From: a virus
IMG/VR virus record: IMGVR_UViG_3300013125_000002
Strand: one strand, 5' to 3'
Length of the DNA: 64,000 nt
The notes below the pieces were generated by a model. The model had not been told where the DNA came from. It searched no databases and saw only the letters and a list, made by a program, of their open reading frames with translations. Position numbers and translations under genes: made by a program. Below, piece after piece: positions 63,069 to 64,000 of the stretch. The stretch's first letter is position 1; each line of letters begins with the position of its first letter.

Positions 63069-64000
63069 CGGTCTTACTCCGCTGCTGGTCGATGAAGTCG
63101 TCAAATGTGACGACGATCTCCCTCATGGACTTGTTGAAGTTCGCAGCATACTGCGGAGTCTCCGACTGCCCTGGAACTGGAGTGGCTCCTGGTGGAAGAC
63201 TTTGTTGACCAGGCACACCACCAACCTGCTGCTCTGCACCCTCAGGCAGCTGCCCTTGGGCTCCCGCCATCTGCTGTTGCTGTGCATCTTGCTGTTGCAT
63301 CTGTTGCTGCTGCATTGCCATCTGCTGCTGTTGTTGCTGTTGCTGGGCAAATAGCTGTAGCAGCTGCACGTAGGTCGGGTTGATCGGGACATCACCAAGA
63401 GGAATGTCAGGGAGATCAAGCGAGCGTCGCGCTTCATTGAGAGTCATGTAGCTCGCGATCTGCTCCTTGAGCATCTCATGCTTTTCCTGCTCCGAAAGCT
63501 CATCGAGGCCTACGAACTCAAACACGAAGTGGTCATCGATCTTGTCAATGACATGACGATTGATCATCTTCGCAATGAAGCGAAGCAGTGGCTTGAGGCC
63601 ACGATCACGAGAAGCCTTGAGCTTCCACTCCTGCGACGACTCAAAGAGCGGGGTCTGTTGCACACCACCATGAAGATCGAAGTTGATTTCAGCAGGGTCG
63701 ATCAGAAAGACACCACAGGTGATCTTGATCAAATACTCGATCCAAGAATTGAACTCCATGTCCTTGTTGGTCATCTGGAGCCCAATCCACTCGATACCCT
63801 CTGACTGAGTGATCGGTGTCTTCCATGCGTTCTCTACACCCGAGACTGAAGCAACCCACTGGCGACGAAACGCCTCCAGCTGATCTGGGGTCCAGTTGTC
63901 ACCCTTGAAGTTCAGGATGCCTTTTGGATGTGAACCCTGTGTGAAGTATCGCTTGTTGTACTCCTCCGCAAAGAGAAGAGAAGTCACAATGGTGATGAGC
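63040..64000 (-). CDS. Portal protein, C-terminal part (5' end outside the window)
   Basis: YNKRYFTQGSHPKGIL...KDMEFNSW...IDPAEINF...SRDRGLKPLL...MTLNEARR are SPO1/Twort-like portal motifs. Poly-Q tail. Confidence 0.9.
   Translation of the reverse strand, partial: LITIVTSLLFAEEYNKRYFTQGSHPKGILNFKGDNWTPDQLEAFRRQWVASVSGVENAWKTPITQSEGIEWIGLQMTNKDMEFNSWIEYLIKITCGVFLIDPAEINFDLHGGVQQTPLFESSQEWKLKASRDRGLKPLLRFIAKMINRHVIDKIDDHFVFEFVGLDELSEQEKHEMLKEQIASYMTLNEARRSLDLPDIPLGDVPINPTYVQLLQLFAQQQQQQQQMAMQQQQMQQQDAQQQQMAGAQGQLPEGAEQQVGGVPGQQSLPPGATPVPGQSETPQYAANFNKSMREIVVTFDDFIDQQRSKTDAKAANSPR

Noticed and set aside
1-64000. tRNA, rRNA, CRISPR array, integrase/transposase, or stop-codon reassignment
   Set aside because: None recognised. 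Genes tile the minus strand with standard stops, and the tandem repeats found are intragenic coding repeats.

Overview
This 64 kb window is a continuous minus-strand virion morphogenesis region of a large contractile-tailed (myovirus) phage with SPO1/Twort (Herelleviridae)-like head genes. In transcription order (right to left) it holds: portal (partial); a ~14 kb block of probable internal-head cargo genes (MuF-like protein, a sigma70-like/topoisomerase IB/InPase fusion, an SNF2-like helicase, small proteins); prohead protease, scaffold and major capsid; two giant LamG-type proteins with N-terminal export signals; neck and tail-completion genes; tail sheath; a free-standing HNH endonuclease; tail tube, chaperones, tape measure, baseplate, tailspike, holin-like protein and tail fibres. 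The strongest novel signal is a hydrophobic-x-K|[S/A/G] motif. It matches the predicted capsid maturation site, saturates the scaffold, recurs through the cargo block and sits at the domain boundaries of the 1285-aa sigma/TopoIB/InPase protein. This suggests a protease-matured polyprotein that is packaged and injected as separate enzymes. Other signals: the HNH cassette carries a fully synonymous recoded copy of the sheath C-terminus and an RBS-occluding hairpin; three sigma70-type promoters share a TTCTAGAACCAG spacer element; a 13-bp inverted repeat brackets the tail tube cistron. All calls come from motif recognition and synteny by eye; no searches were run.
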